Positions 1 to 10,613 of a stretch of 64,000 nucleotides of DNA are shown here, one piece after another. The translations under genes were made by a program, and so were the position numbers. The DNA is from Longimicrobiales bacterium (lineage in GTDB: Bacteria; Gemmatimonadota; Gemmatimonadetes; Longimicrobiales; Gaopeijiaceae). How positions within the stretch are numbered: position 1 is the first letter of the stretch; the number at the start of each line of letters is the position of its first letter. Location: contig OZ220732.1 of assembly GCA_965116905.1 (NCBI GenBank), positions 2,784,001 to 2,848,000 on the forward strand, read 5' to 3'. The notes under the pieces are model-generated. The model had not been told where the DNA came from. It did not search any database and worked only from the letters and a program-made list of their open reading frames with translations.

Positions 1-1219
1 CGGGCAGGATCGCAAGGCCGTCGGCATCCCGAAGCGAACGCACCAGTCCACTGCCCTGTGGACCCGTGAGCGAGCAGCGGCCCCATGGGGACTCCTGCCC
101 GGAGGCCGGTCCGTGCAGCTTCACCCGGTAGAACTGCGTCAGCCCTTCCGGGGAGGCGAGCGGCGCCTCCGTTCGCACGGTCACCGCGGTCCCCTCCGGG
201 CGGGGAGACCCCAGGCAGGCTCGCAGGTAGGGAGCCACGAAGACATGAAAGGTCACGAACGCCGACGCCGGGTTTCCGGGGAGCCCGAAGACGGGCAGAT
301 CGCCGCTTCCCCGCTGCAGGTGCCCGAACGACATGGGACTGCCCGGCCGCACGCGGACCCGCCAGAAGTCCAGTCGGAAGGGCATGTCCAGCAGAATGCG
401 CTTCAGGAGGTCCCTCTCGCCCATCGATGCGCCGCCCGTCGTCACCAGCACGTCGACGTCCGCGACGGAGTCCAGACAGTCGCGCAGCGACTCGGGATCG
501 TCGTCGACTACCCCCAGATCGATCGGAAGGCCTCCGGCCTCCCGGACACCCGCGGCGATCATCGCACGGTTCGTGTCGGGCACCCCACGACCTTCCACGA
601 CGCGGTCGAACCGGTCGGGCCCCACCAGCTCGTCCCCGCTGGACAGCACCCCCACCCGGGGCCTCCGGAACACGGCTACCGGATCATGCCCACTGGCCAG
701 GATCACCGGCACGGAGCCCGAATTCACGATCGTCCCGACCGGGACGGTCTCTTCGCCGACGGTCATGTCGTTCCCGGCCGAGCGCACGTGCTTGCGCAGG
801 TCGTCGGTGCGGTGAATGACCACCCGTCCCGGCGACGCTTCGCCGTCCGTGTGCTCGACGCGAATCACCGTGTCGAAGCCCACGGGCACCGCCCCGCCCG
901 TCATGATCCGCACCACGGCGCCGCGCGGGACGTTGTCGAGCGGCACCGAACCGGGATACACCGCGCCCGCCACGGGCATGGTGATCGGTGTGCGTGCGGC
1001 CGCGGTCAGCTCCCCGCTTCGCGCGGCGAAGCCGTCCATCGCGCTGTTGGGCCAGGCGGGAAGGTGCGCGCGGGCCCGGACCGGCTCCCCCAGCGAGCGC
1101 CCGAGAGCGTCCCACGCCCGCACGCGTGCGGTCGGCGTCGGCGATGCAGCGTCCAGGACGTGCGAGAGGGCCTCCTCCCAGGACAGCCAGTCCGCCGCGA
1201 GGCTCTCGAACTCACCCAT
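1..1219 (-). CDS. moeA: Molybdopterin molybdotransferase MoeA (3' end runs off window)
   Basis: Manual translation from ATG 1219: MGEFESLAADWLSWEEAL...PAWPNSAMDGFA, IMTGGAVPVGFDTVIRVE, C-terminal TGPQGSGLVRSL..ADGLAILP. Missing from the ORF track because no stop lies in the window. Confidence 0.93.
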   Translation of the reverse strand, partial: MGEFESLAADWLSWEEALSHVLDAASPTPTARVRAWDALGRSLGEPVRARAHLPAWPNSAMDGFAARSGELTAAARTPITMPVAGAVYPGSVPLDNVPRGAVVRIMTGGAVPVGFDTVIRVEHTDGEASPGRVVIHRTDDLRKHVRSAGNDMTVGEETVPVGTIVNSGSVPVILASGHDPVAVFRRPRVGVLSSGDELVGPDRFDRVVEGRGVPDTNRAMIAAGVREAGGLPIDLGVVDDDPESLRDCLDSVADVDVLVTTGGASMGERDLLKRILLDMPFRLDFWRVRVRPGSPMSFGHLQRGSGDLPVFGLPGNPASAFVTFHVFVAPYLRACLGSPRPEGTAVTVRTEAPLASPEGLTQFYRVKLHGPASGQESPWGRCSLTGPQGSGLVRSLRDADGLAILP

Positions 1220-1230
1220 GCGGCGATACG

Positions 1231-1929
1231 TCAGAAGCGCAGCGCCAGGCTGACCGAGACACCGTAGCCGCCGGCCCATTCGCTTTGCTCGATCGAGTCC
1301 AGCTGCTTCGCCTCGTCGTCGAAGCCGGAAGGGGTTGTCAGCTGCCACAGCTTGAGACTGCCGTCGGCCCGAAGCATGAGCCGGGAAGAGATGGCGAGCT
1401 TGACTCCGGCGCCTGCGTTTGCCGTGAACGCCGTGCCGAAGTCGAATACGTCCTCCGGGAGCAGGACCTCCTCCAGGCCGCTCAGGCCGGCGGCGTCGTA
1501 CGCGATGCCACCGCCCACGAACAGGTGGGGACTGATCCTGTTCCAGGTCCGCCGTCCGGTCAGACTGAAACCCAGGCGCGCGTCCAGCATGAACAGGTGA
1601 ACGTCCGTCTCGCCGATGGAGCGGTCACCCTCGGCCCTCCGTGGATCGATCACGTCCCGGGTGGTCGGCAGGTAGGTGATCATCCCCTCGATGAACAGGG
1701 GACCGGTCGCCTCGACCACATACCGGCCACCCAGGAACGACGACGACTTGGGGCCCAGATCGAGCGATCCCTCGGAGAGGTACAGAGTGCCCCACAGCGC
1801 CGACGCTTCCTGGCCGTACTCGATGAAGCGGTAGGAAGACGGGATCGACTGGGCCCGCACGGGAGCGCCGGCGAGGAGAGCCAAAAGGGTCAATAGCGCG
1901 CCAGTACGGGAGATACTGGATACGGTCAT
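1231..1929 (-). CDS. Outer-membrane beta-barrel protein
   Basis: Signal peptide ending VRA-Q, alternating beta-strand pattern, C-terminal VSVSLALRF with terminal Phe. Confidence 0.75.
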   Translation of the reverse strand: MTVSSISRTGALLTLLALLAGAPVRAQSIPSSYRFIEYGQEASALWGTLYLSEGSLDLGPKSSSFLGGRYVVEATGPLFIEGMITYLPTTRDVIDPRRAEGDRSIGETDVHLFMLDARLGFSLTGRRTWNRISPHLFVGGGIAYDAAGLSGLEEVLLPEDVFDFGTAFTANAGAGVKLAISSRLMLRADGSLKLWQLTTPSGFDDEAKQLDSIEQSEWAGGYGVSVSLALRF

Positions 1930-2108
1930 CGATTCGGGTCTTTATCCTGGTTTACGCGAAACTGCAGTGAATGTAATCTGATTCATGGATGTGTACCGAC
2001 CGCTGCCCGCCGGATGAATCCTGCCGGGTGGGGTTTCGTATGGAAGAGGTGTTCCTTGGGCGTCGAATGGTTGCCGGTACCCGGCACGGCGAAGGGATCC
2101 TGGATCTG

Positions 2109-2903
2109 ATGCGGTGTTCGACCTGTGGCGAGACTCTGGGCGCCGGCGAGGCGCGGTGTCCCACGTGCGGGGCCGCTGTCGCTTCCAGGGTTCCGGTGTC
2201 GCAACGCCACATCCGGCAGTGTCCGCGGTGTTCCCACCGGGGCGACGGCATCTCCTACTTCCGCAAGGCCAGCCACATCGGATTGCTGGTCGGCCTCAGC
2301 GTCTTCACCTACGGCGTGGGCGGCGTGGTCTACTACGCGCTCCGCCGCCGCCGCCGCGTTTGTCCCAATTGCGGGCTGGGCTGGGAACACAGCCGTGAGC
2401 CGGGCGAAGGACTCTCGACGGAGGAGCTCGCGCCCGTCGCAACCCCCTCCAGGCCGGCCGCGCCCGCACCGGACGCACCGCTTCCCCCCAGCGGCATCGG
2501 CAGGCGCGTATTCGGGGGAAGCCTGGCAGTGCTGGCGACGATCATGATCACGGCCGGCATCTCGACAAGCGTCTTCGAGCCCGTCGTCATCGGATCCGCG
2601 ATCGGCATGGCGGGCTCCGGGCTTTTCCTGTGGGGCTGGAAGGCCCTTCAGCAGCGGCGGGAATCGGTGCTGAACGCCCTCAACCGCAAGGTGCTGATGC
2701 TGGCGACGCGGCGTGAAGGGGTCCTCACGGTCACCGACGTGGCGGCGGAACTCGACCTCACCATTCCCGCGGCCGAGAAGGTCCTGATCGCCATGGACGA
2801 CGGGTTTCGCGTGCGCTCGGAGATCACCGACGACGGGGTGCTGTACTACGAATTCCCCGAGGTTAGGCACAGGAAGAAGCTGGCGTCCGGCGACGCCGAC
2901 TAG
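2109..2903 (+). CDS. Zinc-ribbon membrane protein (two CxxC pairs, LITAF-like segment, TM pair, C-terminal helical/wHTH-like region)
   Basis: CSTC..CPTC, then CPRC-hydrophobic-CPNC, then two hydrophobic helices. Start uncertain (2040 or 2109). Confidence 0.7.
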   Translation: MRCSTCGETLGAGEARCPTCGAAVASRVPVSQRHIRQCPRCSHRGDGISYFRKASHIGLLVGLSVFTYGVGGVVYYALRRRRRVCPNCGLGWEHSREPGEGLSTEELAPVATPSRPAAPAPDAPLPPSGIGRRVFGGSLAVLATIMITAGISTSVFEPVVIGSAIGMAGSGLFLWGWKALQQRRESVLNALNRKVLMLATRREGVLTVTDVAAELDLTIPAAEKVLIAMDDGFRVRSEITDDGVLYYEFPEVRHRKKLASGDAD

Positions 2904-2954
2904 GTCCCGCGTTATATTGGTCCGTCATCCCGACTCCGTTCAGTGAGGATTTGC

Positions 2955-3212
2955 GTGCGACAGTTCGTTGACGACAGCGGCGATGCCTGGGTGGCGTCTG
3001 TGGCCCGGGCCGAGGGCGGAGACTACAAGGGAGCCTACTACCTCGTGATGGAACGGGCCGGCGGGAGCGGCGAGCCGGTGGCGTTGACCGATGTGCGCTG
3101 GAACTCGACCCGAACCGCGGAGCGGACGCTGTCGACGATGTCTGGGGTGGAATTGCGGCGTCGTCTGCGTTCGGCGCTGGGGAGGGCGGGGACGGCCGCC
3201 TCGGCTTCCTGA
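2955..3212 (+). CDS. Small hypothetical protein
   Basis: GTG start after GAGG, protein-like composition (RQFVDDSGDAWVASV..DYKGAYYLVM). Confidence 0.65.
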   Translation: MRQFVDDSGDAWVASVARAEGGDYKGAYYLVMERAGGSGEPVALTDVRWNSTRTAERTLSTMSGVELRRRLRSALGRAGTAASAS

Positions 3213-3215
3213 CCG

Positions 3216-3280
3216 GGACTCAGGCGCAATCCGGACGCGGGAGCAGCGGACGCAGGCGCGGCGGACTCAGGCGCAATCCG
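3216..3280. repeat. 18-bp direct repeat duplicating the 3' end of the fur-like gene
   Basis: GGACTCAGGCGCAATCCG at 3216-3233 and 3263-3280, degenerate copy between. Confidence 0.85.
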
Positions 3281-3701
3281 CGCAGTAGCCCGTCAACTCC
3301 AGCCGGTATCCCGTGACGTGGAAGTCGGCGCAGGCCTCCGGACCGGCAACCAGTTCGCGCGGAAGGCTCCCGGGAACGTCGCGCACCGTGCCGCAGTGCG
3401 TGCATCGGGCGTGGTGGTGGGGGTCCGTGCGTCCGTCGTACCTGGCTGAGCCGTCCGAATAGGTCAGCTTCAGCGCCATTCCGCACCCGACCAGGGTCTC
3501 CAGGTTCTTGTAGACGGTCGCGAGCGAAATCGCGGGAACCAGCTCCCGAACGCCGGTGAAAACCTCCTCGGCGGTCGGATGCGTGTCGGTGCCGGAGAGG
3601 AACCCGTAAACGGCGCCCCTCTGCTCCGTGAAGCGATGCCCGTGCGCCTCCAGAGTCTCCCTGAGGCGATCCGTGGAAACGGACGAACTGACCTGGGACA
3701 C
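3267..3701 (-). CDS. Fur/PerR family transcriptional regulator
   Basis: RFTEQR, HPTAEEV, ISLATVYKNL, HHHARCTHC, C-terminal GYCADC. GTG 3701 preceded by GAGGAGG. Confidence 0.92.
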   Translation of the reverse strand: MSQVSSSVSTDRLRETLEAHGHRFTEQRGAVYGFLSGTDTHPTAEEVFTGVRELVPAISLATVYKNLETLVGCGMALKLTYSDGSARYDGRTDPHHHARCTHCGTVRDVPGSLPRELVAGPEACADFHVTGYRLELTGYCADCA

Positions 3702-3810
3702 CTTCCCTGCCTCCTCGGTGGGACCGGTTCGAGCACCATCATTAGCATGCGTGGCCCGCGGCGCAGTGTCAACGGTTGCCGGTTCGCCGGCCGGCTTCCA
3801 TACTCCGTGA

Positions 3811-5766
3811 ATGAAACAGGACCGTGCCGCTCTCGACGCGCTGCTCACCGAAAAGCGACTCTTCGCTCCGCCCCCGCAGTTCGCCGCGGCAGCGGTCGTG
3901 CCCGACGACTCCATCTACGACGAAGCCGAGGCCTACGAGGACTTCTGGGCGGGCTGGGCCGGTGAACTCGACTGGTTCCGCAAGTGGGACACGGTTCTGG
4001 AGTGGAATCCGCCCCACGCGCGCTGGTTTGTCGGTGGAAGGCTGAACGTCTGCCACAACTGTGTCGACCGCCACCTCGACGGCCCGAGACGCGACAAGCA
4101 GGCGTTGGTGTGGGAAGGGGAGCCGGGGGACAGACGCACGTTCACCTATGCGGAGCTCGCCGGGGAAGTGGCAGTTTTTGCCAACGTGCTCAAGGGACTG
4201 GGAGTGAAGAAGGGCGACCGCGTCGCGATCTACCTCCCCATGATCCCGGAAGCCGCCTTCGCCATGCTCGCCTGCGCGAGGATCGGGGCGGCCCACTCGG
4301 TGGTCTTCGGCGGATTCAGCCCGGACTCCCTCGCGGATCGGATCAACGACGCCGAGGCCAGGGTGCTCGTCACGGCGGACGGGGGATACCGGCGCGGATC
4401 CGTCGTGCCGCTCAAGGCCAACGCGGACCGGGCCGTGGCACGCTGCCCCGGTATCGAGCACGTGCTGGTCGTCGCGCGCGGCCACGCGGACGCCCGCCTT
4501 GACGACACCTCGATGACCCCCGGCCGCGATCACTGGTACCACGAACTCGCCGCCGGCGTCGATGCCGCGTGCGAACCCGAGGTCATGGACTCGGAGGATC
4601 TCCTCTACATCCTCTACACGTCGGGGACCACGGGGAAGCCCAAGGGCGTCGTCCACACGACCGGCGGCTACCTCACCCAGGTGCACGCGACGACACGGAT
4701 GGTGTTCGATCTGAAGGAGGACGACGTGTACTGGTGCACGGCCGATGTCGGCTGGGTGACCGGGCACAGCTACATCGTCTACGGGCCGCTGGCCGCCGGC
4801 GCGACGGTGGTCATGTACGAGGGCGCCCCCGATTGGCCGGACAAGGGCCGTTTCTGGAAGATGTGCGAGTCGTACGGCGTCACCGTCTTCTACACGGCCC
4901 CCACGGCGATCCGGGCCTTCATGCAATGGGGAGAAGCGTGGCCGGCGGGGTACGATCTCGGGCGCCTGCGCCTGCTGGGGACGGTGGGCGAGCCCATTAA
5001 CCCGGAGGCCTGGATGTGGTACCACCGGGTGATCGGCGGAGAGCGCTGTCCCATCGTGGACACCTGGTGGCAGACGGAGACCGGCGGGATCATGATCACC
5101 CCGCTGCCCGGCGTCACCCACACCCGTCCGGGGAGCGCATGCCGGCCCTTCCCGGGCATCCAGGCCGCCCTGCTGAACGACGCGGGCGAGCCTGTCGACG
5201 CCGGATACCTGGCCGTTACGCGGCCATGGCCGTCGATGCTCCGGACGATCTGGGGCGACGACGAACGCTACCGCGAGACCTACTGGTCCAAGTGGGACGG
5301 GATCTACTTCCCGGGAGACGGCGCCAAGGTAGACGAGGACGGCTACCTGTGGATCCTCGGGCGGGTCGACGATGTCCTGAACGTTGCGGGCCACCGGATC
5401 GGCACCATGGAGGTGGAGAGCGCCCTCGTCGAGCACCCCGCGGTGGCGGAGGCCGCGGTCGTGGGCAAGGAGCACGCTGTGAAGGGCCAGGCGATTTCCG
5501 CGTTCGTGACCCTGATGCAGGAGTTCGAGGCGAGCGATTCCCTCGCTGCGGAGCTGCGCGCCCACGTAGCGGCCGCCATCGGGCCGATTGCCCGGCCCGA
5601 GGACATCCTGTTCACCGCCGATCTCCCCAAGACGCGGTCCGGCAAGATCATGCGCAGACTCCTCGGCGACATTGCGGCCGGCCGTGCCCTGGGCGATACC
5701 ACGACCCTGGCGGATCCCGCGGTGGTGCAGGGCCTGAAGGAGCGCTACGAGGTGAACGAAGGGTAG
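3811..5766 (+). CDS. acs: Acetate--CoA ligase
   Basis: [46 protein letters not shown]. Confidence 0.97.
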   Translation: MKQDRAALDALLTEKRLFAPPPQFAAAAVVPDDSIYDEAEAYEDFWAGWAGELDWFRKWDTVLEWNPPHARWFVGGRLNVCHNCVDRHLDGPRRDKQALVWEGEPGDRRTFTYAELAGEVAVFANVLKGLGVKKGDRVAIYLPMIPEAAFAMLACARIGAAHSVVFGGFSPDSLADRINDAEARVLVTADGGYRRGSVVPLKANADRAVARCPGIEHVLVVARGHADARLDDTSMTPGRDHWYHELAAGVDAACEPEVMDSEDLLYILYTSGTTGKPKGVVHTTGGYLTQVHATTRMVFDLKEDDVYWCTADVGWVTGHSYIVYGPLAAGATVVMYEGAPDWPDKGRFWKMCESYGVTVFYTAPTAIRAFMQWGEAWPAGYDLGRLRLLGTVGEPINPEAWMWYHRVIGGERCPIVDTWWQTETGGIMITPLPGVTHTRPGSACRPFPGIQAALLNDAGEPVDAGYLAVTRPWPSMLRTIWGDDERYRETYWSKWDGIYFPGDGAKVDEDGYLWILGRVDDVLNVAGHRIGTMEVESALVEHPAVAEAAVVGKEHAVKGQAISAFVTLMQEFEASDSLAAELRAHVAAAIGPIARPEDILFTADLPKTRSGKIMRRLLGDIAAGRALGDTTTLADPAVVQGLKERYEVNEG

Positions 5767-5785
5767 GAGCGGCGCTCCCCGCCAC

Positions 5786-5860
5786 CCGGGCGGCTATCCG
5801 GCTGAGCGGCTGCTTGGCCGGGCGGCTACCCGGCCGGGCGGCTCAGCCGGGCGGCTACCC
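5786..5860. repeat. Degenerate tandem CCGGGCGGCT repeats at a convergent gene junction
   Basis: Copies at 5786, 5818, 5834, 5847. The last overlaps the acyltransferase stop codon. Confidence 0.75.
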
Positions 5861-6667
5861 CTCGCCAAGCGGGTCCGGCGTGGGCGGCCGGCGCTTTCGC
5901 TTCGGCTTCCGCGTCACCGGCTTGGCGGGTACGCCGACATGCACCGTGTCGGGCTCCGTATCCCTGGTGACGAGCGCCCCCGCGCCCACCATCGAATTGG
6001 GCGCCAGGTTCGTGCCCGCCAGCACGGTGGCGTGATAGGCGATGCGCACACCGTCGCCGATCACGGTGCGCGGCGTGCGCACGTCGCGGGGCTCGCAGAT
6101 GTGGTGACTGTGGGAGTACACGTTCGCGTAGTCGGAGATCGACACCCGGCTCCCGATCCGGATGCCGCCCCGGTCGTCGAGGAGGACGTGCCGGTGCACC
6201 ACGACGTCGTCCCCGACCTCCATCCCGTAGCCGAAGGACAGCTTCACGAAGTGGAAGGCCTTGAAGTTCTTCCCGCACCGGGCGAAGATGCGCCTGGCGA
6301 GCATGCGGCGGAACTTCACGCCCAGGTGCACGTTCTCTCCCAGCAGGCTCTTGTCGAACATCTCCCAGAGCCAGATCAGCGGCTTCACGCGATGGTACCG
6401 GTCGAGGTCGGTGTCGACGTAGTACTCGGGCTCCAGCGTCACGTTCCGGGGGTCCAGCTGATCGCGGAGGATCGGGTGGGCCGTCTCGAGTCCGCCGGGG
6501 AAGTAGATCTCTTCCAGGACCCTGCGGCAGAAGTCGTACCGGTCGGTGCCGGGATCGGCGAGTTCTTCCTCCAGCGCCGCCAGCCAGCGGTCGTAGCGGG
6601 CCTCGCATCCCTCGCCCAGGGGAACGCTGCGCAGCGGAAGGAATCGGTAGTCGGTCGTGTCTGACAT
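5855..6667 (-). CDS. Hexapeptide-repeat O-acyltransferase (maltose/galactoside acetyltransferase-like)
   Basis: VGDDVVV, IRIGSRVSIS, TVIGDGVRIA, VGAGALVTRD..VGVPAK left-handed beta-helix motifs. Confidence 0.88.
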   Translation of the reverse strand: MSDTTDYRFLPLRSVPLGEGCEARYDRWLAALEEELADPGTDRYDFCRRVLEEIYFPGGLETAHPILRDQLDPRNVTLEPEYYVDTDLDRYHRVKPLIWLWEMFDKSLLGENVHLGVKFRRMLARRIFARCGKNFKAFHFVKLSFGYGMEVGDDVVVHRHVLLDDRGGIRIGSRVSISDYANVYSHSHHICEPRDVRTPRTVIGDGVRIAYHATVLAGTNLAPNSMVGAGALVTRDTEPDTVHVGVPAKPVTRKPKRKRRPPTPDPLGEG

Positions 6668-6787
6668 GCCAACGTGTTCCGGGGTCGTTGGGGGCGCGGG
6701 GCGACCGATTGACGCCCGCGGGCCACGGCGTGTCCCCGAAGATAACCCCGGCTTGCGTTAATGATCCGTCAGCGGCTTCTTAGAACG

Positions 6788-7246
6788 ATGCACGACGTCC
6801 TCAGAGCCCGGTTGGTACGGAAGATCGAGAGCCTCCCCGAGGCGCAGGTCTATCAGGTGCTGGATTACATCGAGTTCCTCGAGTCCCGGTATGCCGCCGA
6901 AGAAGTGGACGGGGGCGCGAGCGGTCTGCAGCGGCTCGCGGAGGGGATTGAGGACCGCCTTCGCAAGTCGTCCTTCAACCCCTCGAATCTGCGCGAAGCG
7001 TTCCAGGTGGTCGCTGCCGCCGACCGAGCGCTCAGCGGGGTCGCCAGGGCGGGCCGGCAGCTCATGGACGAACTCGCGGGGGGGCCGGCCGACGGCGAAG
7101 ACTCGGAGCGAGGGGCTGCTTCCACCGACGCCGACGGCTCGGAGTCGGCAGCCGGGTCGGCCGACGACGAGGACCCGGAGCGCGCGGCCCCGTCGACGGA
7201 CGACTCGGATCCCGGAGCCGGGCCGGACGAGCCGCACGACCGTTGA
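6788..7246 (+). CDS. Hypothetical protein with DUF2281-like N-terminus and acidic tail
   Basis: KIESLPEAQVYQVLDYIEFLESRY pattern, D/E-rich C-terminus. Confidence 0.7.
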   Translation: MHDVLRARLVRKIESLPEAQVYQVLDYIEFLESRYAAEEVDGGASGLQRLAEGIEDRLRKSSFNPSNLREAFQVVAAADRALSGVARAGRQLMDELAGGPADGEDSERGAASTDADGSESAAGSADDEDPERAAPSTDDSDPGAGPDEPHDR

Positions 7247-7277
7247 CTAGTCGTTTGGCGGGTCTCTAGCTTTGCTG

Positions 7278-8765
7278 ATGGACAGTGGCAGCGAGCGCAC
7301 GGTCCCGTGGCGCGGCACGGTGATCAAGGAAGCCCTCACCTTCGACGATGTCCTCCTGGTGCCGGGTCACTCCCGGGTCCACCCGAAGGACACCGACGTC
7401 TCGACCCGCCTGACCAACCGCATCACCCTGCAGGTCCCGCTGGTGTCGGCCGCCATGGATACCGTCACCGAAGCCCGGATGGCGATCGCGGTCGCGCGCG
7501 AAGGGGGCGTCGGGGTCATCCACAAGAACATGCCCATCGAGCGGCAGGCGCGCGAAGTGGATCGTGTGAAGCGCTCCGAGAGCGGCATGATCCTCAACCC
7601 GATCACGCTGGGCCCCGACGCGTCGCTGCGCGAGGCGCACCGGCTCATGGCGCGCTTCTCCATCAGTGGGGTCCCCATCGTGGAGCCGGACGGCCGCCTG
7701 GTCGGAATCATCACCAACCGGGATCTCCAGTTCGAGAGCGACCTGGACCGCCCGGTCGCGGCGCTGATGACGTCGGAAGGGCTGGTGACGGCTCCCGTCG
7801 GGACCAACCTCGACGCGGCCCAGGAGATCCTGCACCGTCACCGCATCGAGAAGCTGCCCGTGGTGAACAGGGAAGGGCAGCTCAAGGGCCTGATCACGGT
7901 CAAGGACATCTTCAAGCGCCGTCAGTTCCCGAACGCGTGCAAGGACGAGCACGGGCGCCTGCGGGTAGGGGCTGCGGTCGGGGCCGGTGCGGCGGACATG
8001 GAACGCGCGCGGGCACTGGTGGAATCCGGGGTGGACTTTCTGGTGATCGACACGGCGCACGGGCACTCGGAGGGCGTCCTCGAGGCGGTCGCCCGGGTGC
8101 GTCAGGCCTTCCCGGACCAGGATCTGGTAGCGGGCAACGTGGGAACCGCCGAGGGCGCGGCGGCCCTTGTCGAGCGCGGCGCGGATGCGGTCAAGGTCGG
8201 CGTCGGGCCGGGTTCCATCTGCACGACCCGGGTGGTGACCGGTGTGGGCCTTCCGCAGCTGACCGCGGTGATGGATGCCGTCGATGGGGCGGCGGGGCAG
8301 GTGCCCGTGATCGCCGACGGGGGTGTGCGCTACTCGGGCGACGTCGTCAAGGCGCTGGCCGCCGGTGCCCACAGCGTCATGATGGGCTCGATTCTCGCGG
8401 GCACGGAAGAGTCGCCCGGCGAAGCGTTTCTGCTGGAAGGGCGCCGCTTCAAGACGGTGCGCGGCATGGGGTCCCTGTCCGCGATGGAAGAGGGGTCGGG
8501 CGACCGGTACTTCCAGGACAGCCGGGACGTTCGCAAGCTCGTACCGGAGGGGATCGAAGCGCGTGTGGCCTACAAGGGGCCGGTAGCCGACACGGTCTTC
8601 CAGCTCGCCGGAGGCCTCAGAAGCGGCATGGGCTACTGCGGGGCCGCCTCGCTCGCGGAGCTGCGGGCCGACGCCCGCTTCGTCCGGGTCACGGCGGGCG
8701 GTCTTCGGGAGTCACACCCCCACGACGTCACGATTACGCGTGAGGCGCCGAACTACAGCCACTGA
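7278..8765 (+). CDS. guaB: IMP dehydrogenase
   Basis: [22 protein letters not shown] pair, [20 protein letters not shown]. Confidence 0.98.
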   Translation: MDSGSERTVPWRGTVIKEALTFDDVLLVPGHSRVHPKDTDVSTRLTNRITLQVPLVSAAMDTVTEARMAIAVAREGGVGVIHKNMPIERQAREVDRVKRSESGMILNPITLGPDASLREAHRLMARFSISGVPIVEPDGRLVGIITNRDLQFESDLDRPVAALMTSEGLVTAPVGTNLDAAQEILHRHRIEKLPVVNREGQLKGLITVKDIFKRRQFPNACKDEHGRLRVGAAVGAGAADMERARALVESGVDFLVIDTAHGHSEGVLEAVARVRQAFPDQDLVAGNVGTAEGAAALVERGADAVKVGVGPGSICTTRVVTGVGLPQLTAVMDAVDGAAGQVPVIADGGVRYSGDVVKALAAGAHSVMMGSILAGTEESPGEAFLLEGRRFKTVRGMGSLSAMEEGSGDRYFQDSRDVRKLVPEGIEARVAYKGPVADTVFQLAGGLRSGMGYCGAASLAELRADARFVRVTAGGLRESHPHDVTITREAPNYSH

Positions 8766-9966
8766 CCCCGACCTCGCGCAGCTGGCCCGCGGATTCCCGG
8801 CCTGGGGACGATCCGCGCTCTCGGCCCTGCTGCTCGCGTCGGGGGCGGCGTGTACGGGAGCGCCGCCACTCCCCGCCCCCGGTCCGGCAGCTCCTCAACC
8901 CGTGGTCGTGAGGGCGCCGACGCCCGATATCCCCACGCGCCGCCCCCCGTCCGGGCGTCCCCGCGAGCTCGGTCTCGGCGACATTGCGACCGACCCGATC
9001 CTCACCTCGCCCTCGGCGCAGGACGATGCGATCAGCGAACGCGTCGCGTGGTGGCTGGACTACTGGCGGACGCGCGCCCCCGACCGGTTCGTGCGGGCAC
9101 TGGTCCGGATGGGCAGGTACGAGGACTACGTGGACGCGCAGGTCGCCGAGCGGGGTTTGCCGCCGTCGCTGCGCTACCTGCCCATCATCGAAGCGAGCTA
9201 CTACCCCAGGGCCGACTCGCCGGCCGGGGCGGGAGGGCTTTGGCAGTTCATGCCGGCCACGGCGCGCTGGCTCGGGATCGAAGTGGGCCCGCTGGTGGAT
9301 CAGCGTTACGATCCGTACGTCGCAACCCCCAGGGCGCTGGACTATCTGGCGGACCTGCACGAGCAGTTCGGGTCGTGGTTTCTGGCCCTTGCGGCGTACA
9401 ACGGCGGACCGGGGCGCCTGGCGCGGATCCTGGCGGAACACGGGCCTGACCGTCCCTGGACCGATGACGCGTTTCACCGGATCCGGCACCGGCTCCCGTC
9501 CGAGACGCGGGATTTCATCCCCAAATACCTCGCGGCCGCGCGTGTGGCCCGGGATCCGGAGGCGTTCGGGCTTGCGGCCTTTACCCGGGACGCGCCTCAG
9601 TCCTTCGATGCGGTGGATGTGGCGGGGTCCGCTTCGATCGATGTCATTGCCCGGGCCGCGGGGGCCGGCGAGGAGGAGGTGAGGGTCCTGAACCCCCACC
9701 TGGTGCTCGGACTCACACCGGCGGGAAGGACGACGGCGGTCCGTGTCCCGCAGGGTTCCGGATCGAGCTTCGAAGCCCGCCTTGCCGCGATTCCGGAAAC
9801 CGATCGGGTGACATTCACGCACCACCGGGTGAATCCGGGCGAGACGCTCTCGGGCATCGCGCGCGACTATCGCGTCTCTCTGCGCGACCTCCGGGCGGCC
9901 AATCCGGGAGTGCAGCCCAGGCTGCTTCAGATCGGCGCCGTCCTGGTCATTCCGTGGTCTCCCTGA
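8740..9966 (+). CDS. Lytic transglycosylase (SLT + LysM, MltD-like), probable lipoprotein
   Basis: LPIIEAS catalytic Glu, [20 protein letters not shown]-terminal Lys[14 protein letters not shown], lipobox-like SGAAC. Confidence 0.9.
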   Translation: MRRRTTATDPDLAQLARGFPAWGRSALSALLLASGAACTGAPPLPAPGPAAPQPVVVRAPTPDIPTRRPPSGRPRELGLGDIATDPILTSPSAQDDAISERVAWWLDYWRTRAPDRFVRALVRMGRYEDYVDAQVAERGLPPSLRYLPIIEASYYPRADSPAGAGGLWQFMPATARWLGIEVGPLVDQRYDPYVATPRALDYLADLHEQFGSWFLALAAYNGGPGRLARILAEHGPDRPWTDDAFHRIRHRLPSETRDFIPKYLAAARVARDPEAFGLAAFTRDAPQSFDAVDVAGSASIDVIARAAGAGEEEVRVLNPHLVLGLTPAGRTTAVRVPQGSGSSFEARLAAIPETDRVTFTHHRVNPGETLSGIARDYRVSLRDLRAANPGVQPRLLQIGAVLVIPWSP

Positions 9967-9969
9967 GTC

Positions 9970-10052
9970 GGTGCGTCAGTCCCGGGCGCGCGTCAATCGC
10001 TGTGGTGCGTCAGTCGCTGTGGCGCGCCAGTCCGCTGCGGTGCGTCAGTCCC
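9970..10052. repeat. 17-18-bp degenerate tandem repeat echoing the moaC stop region
   Basis: GGTGCGTCAGTC-like units at 9970, 9987, 10004, 10021, 10039. Confidence 0.8.
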
Positions 10053-10611
10053 GTTCGCGCTGCCAGGATCCGGAACGTCCGCCGGATTTCCGCAACAGCT
10101 CGATGGACTCGATGGTCATGCCGCGATCGACGGACTTGAGCATGTCGTATGCGGTCAGCAGGGCGACGGAGACGGCGGTCAGCGCTTCCATCTCCACCCC
10201 GGTCCTTCCCGTGATACTCGCGCGCGCGGTGACCTTGAGGCCGGGCAGGGCCGCGTCCGGTTCGATGTCCACGGAAACGCTGGCCTCCGGCAGCACGTGG
10301 CAGAGCGGTATGAGTTCGCCCGCGCGCTTCCCCGCCATGATGCCCGCGAGGCGGGCGACCTGTTCCACGTCCCCCTTCGGGTTTCCGCCTTCCGAGAGGA
10401 GCCGGAACGCACGGGGCGAGCACCTGAGCACGCCCCGCGCGACCGCCTGGCGGGCTGTAGAGGCCTTTTCCGTCACGTCGACCATCGTCGCGTCGCCGTC
10501 CGGGTCGAGGTGGGTCAGCGACTCGCGCGCCGCGGAAGCGCCCCCGTCCCCTTGGGCGGGTGCGGCGTCCCGGGCCACCTGATTCCTGTCTGCGGGGCTC
10601 GCGTTCGACAT
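10045..10611 (-). CDS. moaC: Cyclic pyranopterin monophosphate synthase MoaC
   Basis: LTHLD..MVDV..K, LIPLCH, TGVEMEALTAV, YDMLKSVD, KSGGRSG. Confidence 0.96.
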   Translation of the reverse strand: MSNASPADRNQVARDAAPAQGDGGASAARESLTHLDPDGDATMVDVTEKASTARQAVARGVLRCSPRAFRLLSEGGNPKGDVEQVARLAGIMAGKRAGELIPLCHVLPEASVSVDIEPDAALPGLKVTARASITGRTGVEMEALTAVSVALLTAYDMLKSVDRGMTIESIELLRKSGGRSGSWQRERD

Positions 10612-10613
10612 TA

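Noticed and set aside
1968..1985. TGAAT-N8-ATTCA palindrome in a divergent promoter region
   Set aside because: Only 5-bp arms and a single occurrence, too weak to call an operator
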